A stretch of 64,000 nt of DNA from an uncultured Jannaschia sp. (lineage in GTDB: Bacteria; Pseudomonadota; Alphaproteobacteria; Rhodobacterales; Rhodobacteraceae), in assembly GCA_964637265.1 (NCBI GenBank), contig CAZWWR010000004.1, forward strand, positions 261 through 64,260, in the 5' to 3' direction. Below, piece by piece: positions 61,248 to 64,000 of the stretch; position 1 is the first letter of the stretch, and every line of letters begins with the position of its first letter. The notes under the pieces were generated by a model. It was not told the DNA's origin. It did not search any database and saw only the letters and a list, made by a program, of their open reading frames with translations. The translations under genes were made by a program, and so were the position numbers.

Positions 61248-62417
61248 ATGACCGAGCCCTCCGCGCCCGTGACGCAGGACGTGCTGACGCTCCCCCGCCG
61301 TGCGCCCGGCGGGCGGCCGAACCTCGTCGGCCTGACGCGCGCGGGGCTGGCGGAGGCGATCGCGCTGGTCACGCCGGAGCGTCAGCTCAAGATGCGGGTG
61401 GGCCAGCTCTGGCAGTGGATCTACCACTGGGGCGTCCGCGACTTCGCCGCGATGACGAACCTCTCGAAGGACTACCGCGCCGCGTTGGCCGAGCGGTTCG
61501 ATCTCGCGCTGCCGGAGGTCGTGAGCCGTCAGGTCAGCGCGGACGGGACGCGCAAGTATCTCGTGCGGATCGCCGGCGGCCACGAGGTCGAGACGGTCTA
61601 CATCCCCGAGACCGACCGCGGCACGCTCTGCGTCTCCTCACAGGTGGGGTGCACGCTGACCTGCTCCTTCTGTCACACCGGAACGCAGAAGCTCGTCCGG
61701 AACCTGACCGCAGCAGAGATCGTGGCACAGGTCATGCTGGCCCGCGACGACCTGGGCGAATGGCCCGTGCCGGGCGAGCCCAAGCGCGAGGACCGGCTCC
61801 TGTCGAACGTCGTCCTGATGGGGATGGGCGAGCCGCTCTACAATTTCGAGGCCGTGCGGGACGCCATGCATGTGGTGATGGACGGCCATGGGATCGCGCT
61901 GTCGCGCCGCCGGATCACGCTGTCGACCTCGGGCGTCGTGCCGCAGATCGCGCGCTGCGCGGAGGAGATCGGGTGCCTCCTCGCCGTGAGCTTCCATGCC
62001 ACCACCGACGCGGTGCGCGACCGTCTCGTGCCGATCAACAGGCGCTGGCCCATCGAGGCGCTGCTCCAGGCCCTGCGCGACTATCCTCGACTGTCGAACT
62101 CCGAGCGGATCACCTTCGAGTACGTCATGCTCGACGGGGTGAACGACTCCGACGAGGACGCGCGGCGTCTCGTGCGGCTGATCCGGGGGATCCCGGCTAA
62201 GATCAACCTCATCCCGTTCAACGAATGGCCCGGGGCGCCCTATCGCCGCTCCTCGTGGGATCGGATCGAGCGCTTCGCGGACATCGTGCACAAGGCGGGC
62301 TACGCCTCCCCCATCCGCACGCCGCGCGGGGAGGACATCATGGCCGCCTGCGGGCAGCTCAAGTCGGAGTCCCAGCGCGCGGCGCGCTCGGGGCGGGCCC
62401 TCGACGCCGCCGAGTAG
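61248..62417 (+). CDS. rlmN: 23S rRNA m2A2503 / tRNA A37 methyltransferase RlmN
   Basis: [18 protein letters not shown] radical-SAM motif, MGMGEP, NLIPFN, AACGQL. Confidence 0.97.
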   Translation: MTEPSAPVTQDVLTLPRRAPGGRPNLVGLTRAGLAEAIALVTPERQLKMRVGQLWQWIYHWGVRDFAAMTNLSKDYRAALAERFDLALPEVVSRQVSADGTRKYLVRIAGGHEVETVYIPETDRGTLCVSSQVGCTLTCSFCHTGTQKLVRNLTAAEIVAQVMLARDDLGEWPVPGEPKREDRLLSNVVLMGMGEPLYNFEAVRDAMHVVMDGHGIALSRRRITLSTSGVVPQIARCAEEIGCLLAVSFHATTDAVRDRLVPINRRWPIEALLQALRDYPRLSNSERITFEYVMLDGVNDSDEDARRLVRLIRGIPAKINLIPFNEWPGAPYRRSSWDRIERFADIVHKAGYASPIRTPRGEDIMAACGQLKSESQRAARSGRALDAAE

Positions 62418-62545
62418 CGCGCTCCGGCAGGGCGGGGAGGCGAGACCTTCCGGCAGGTGCGGCCGGAACCTTGGGTCCCGCGCCGGTCGGTGGGAGGCGC
62501 CCCGAGCCGACGCACCCCTTCGGACCCTCGGCGGGAGGCCCGGCT

Positions 62546-62572
62546 CCGGCGCCCCGCCGCGACGGGGCGCCG
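62546..62572. terminator. GC hairpin between the convergent rlmN and GlsB/YeaQ genes
   Basis: CGGCGCCCCG-CCGCGA-CGGGGCGCCG. Confidence 0.55.
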
Positions 62573-62579
62573 AGCGGGC

Positions 62580-62837
62580 TCAGGCCCTGCGGCCGCCCAT
62601 GACCTTGCCGACGATCCACAGCAGCGCGATGGCGCCGACGATCGCCACGATGAGGGCGCCGAGGAAGCCGCCCGCGTTGATGCCCACGAGGCTGAAGAGG
62701 AACGCGCCGAGATAGGCGCCGATCACGCCGACGATCAGATTCGTCAGCAGCCCCTGGTCGCGCTTCATGATCTTCTCGGCGACGTAGCCGGCGACCAGGC
62801 CCACGATGAGAAAGCTGAACCAGCCCAGACCTTCCAT
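62580..62837 (-). CDS. GlsB/YeaQ/YmgE family stress-response membrane protein
   Basis: AAGGAG RBS; IVGLVAGYVA..NLIVGVIGA..IVAIVGAIALL. Confidence 0.9.
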   Translation of the reverse strand: MEGLGWFSFLIVGLVAGYVAEKIMKRDQGLLTNLIVGVIGAYLGAFLFSLVGINAGGFLGALIVAIVGAIALLWIVGKVMGGRRA

Positions 62838-62876
62838 TGAATCACTCCTTCAGTGATGTGCGTTGCTCGGGGACCG

Positions 62877-62902
62877 AACGCCGCACCCCCGCCGCGGGTT
62901 TC
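62877..62902 (-). promoter_or_regulatory. Putative sigma-EcfG (general stress) promoter
   Basis: GAAAC-N17-CGTT against consensus GGAAC-N16/17-CGTT, upstream of a general-stress family gene. Confidence 0.5.
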
Positions 62903-63082
62903 TCGCCGAGGCCCGGCTTCGGAGTGGGCCCGCCGAGCGGGCGGCCCGCTCACCGCCCCGACCACCGGCCTCGCGGACATCGCCGGCGCCGGCCGGGCAG
63001 CCATGCCGGCCGTCGTTCGGGGGGCTCCAGGGCAAGCCCCGCGCCGGTGGAGGGCCGTCATCGGCCGTGGGTCCCGCCGGGT

Positions 63083-63958
63083 TCAACCGCCCTGGCGGTG
63101 GGGGCGCGGGGCGCTGTCGAGAGCCGGCCGGCCGGGGATCTCGTCGCGCGCGGGGGCGACGGGCCAGTCGTCCATCGCCTCCACGGCCTCCTCGGCCGTC
63201 TCGACGTAGCGGAAGAGGTCCAGATCGGCCTCGTTGATCGTGCCGGCCTCGGCGAGAGCGCCGAAGTCGACCACCCGCTCCCAGAAGGGCCGCCCGAAGA
63301 GAAGCACCGGCAGCCGCTCCATCCGCCCCGTCTGGATGAGGGTCAGCGTCTCGAAGAGCTCGTCGAGCGTGCCGAAGCCGCCGGGGAAGACCGCCACCGC
63401 GCGGGCGCGGATGAGGAACTGCATCTTGCGCGTGGCGAAGTAGTGGAAGTTGAAGGCGAGCTCCGGCGTGACCCACTCGTTGGGCCCCTGCTCGTGGGGC
63501 AGCACGATGCCGAGGCCCACGGAGCGCCCCCCGGCCTCGTGCGCGCCTCGGTTGCCGGCCTCCATGACGCCGGGGCCGCCGCCGGTGACCACGACGTCCT
63601 CCCCCGGCTCGGCGCGCTCGGTGACCATGCGGGCGAAGCGCCGCGCCTCGTCGTAGTAGTGGGCGAGGTCGCGCAGCATCGGCGTCCGGGCCTCCTCGGC
63701 GCGCTCGGGCGGCGGGATGCGGGCGCCCCCGAAGAGGACCACCGTGGAGCGCACGCCCGCCTCGTCCATCAGCCGCTCGGGCTTCGTCATCTCGAGCTGG
63801 AGCCGCAGGCCGCGCATCTCGTCGCGCAGCAGGAACTCGGGGTCGTCGAAGGCCAGGCGGTAGGCCGGCGAGAGCGTCTGCGGCGTCTCGTCGACGCCGC
63901 GCGCCTCGAGCCGATCGCGACGGGCGTCTCGGAGGGGGTGCTTCGCGGTGTCGGCCAT
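63083..63958 (-). CDS. LOG-family (TIGR00730-like) Rossmann-fold protein
   Basis: FGGAR, TGGGPGVMEA.NRGA, FPGGFGTLDE; GGAG RBS. Confidence 0.9.
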   Translation of the reverse strand: MADTAKHPLRDARRDRLEARGVDETPQTLSPAYRLAFDDPEFLLRDEMRGLRLQLEMTKPERLMDEAGVRSTVVLFGGARIPPPERAEEARTPMLRDLAHYYDEARRFARMVTERAEPGEDVVVTGGGPGVMEAGNRGAHEAGGRSVGLGIVLPHEQGPNEWVTPELAFNFHYFATRKMQFLIRARAVAVFPGGFGTLDELFETLTLIQTGRMERLPVLLFGRPFWERVVDFGALAEAGTINEADLDLFRYVETAEEAVEAMDDWPVAPARDEIPGRPALDSAPRPHRQGG

Positions 63959-64000
63959 GGTTCTCTCCGGGGGCGCCGGCCTTGTAGACACCCTGGGAGG

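Noticed and set aside
1-64000. CRISPR arrays, tRNA/rRNA, integrases, phage or defence genes
   Set aside because: No regularly spaced repeats, cloverleaf motifs or recognisable mobile or defence proteins seen by eye; tRNAscan and Rfam scans would be needed to exclude small RNAs

Overview
A high-GC chromosomal segment of an alphaproteobacterium; gene content and order point to Rhodobacteraceae/Roseobacteraceae (inference). Most of it is core genes: urea ABC transporter urtBCDE (a GNAT gene sits inside it), fabD-fabG-acpP, murI, ccmE, trpE, ppiD, ccmABCDG, cobC/cobD-type decarboxylase, greA, argH, tlpA, metR/metF, meaB, rpmB, a seven-gene Mrp Na+/H+ antiporter operon, lolCE/lolD, ispB, the beta-hydroxyaspartate cycle operon bhcABCD, hspQ, a hybrid histidine kinase and rlmN. 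I found no rRNA, tRNA, CRISPR array, transposase or phage gene. Best leads: (1) a ~1,220-aa secreted subtilase with Glu in place of the catalytic Asp, fused to a vWA domain and a C-terminus resembling animal CLCA proteins, located where bhcR normally lies; (2) an OxyR-like regulator whose peroxide-sensing Cys is Arg, divergent from the Mrp operon across a perfect ATAG-N7-CTAT box; (3) a shared 11-bp-period direct repeat at identical spacing from a -10-like hexamer upstream of both the subtilase and an orphan Pnap_2097/LnmK-like gene 46 kb away; (4) a wHTH-TolB-TPR regulator divergent from a DUF1127 small protein, with direct repeats between them. All family calls come from reading motifs by eye; no database search was run.
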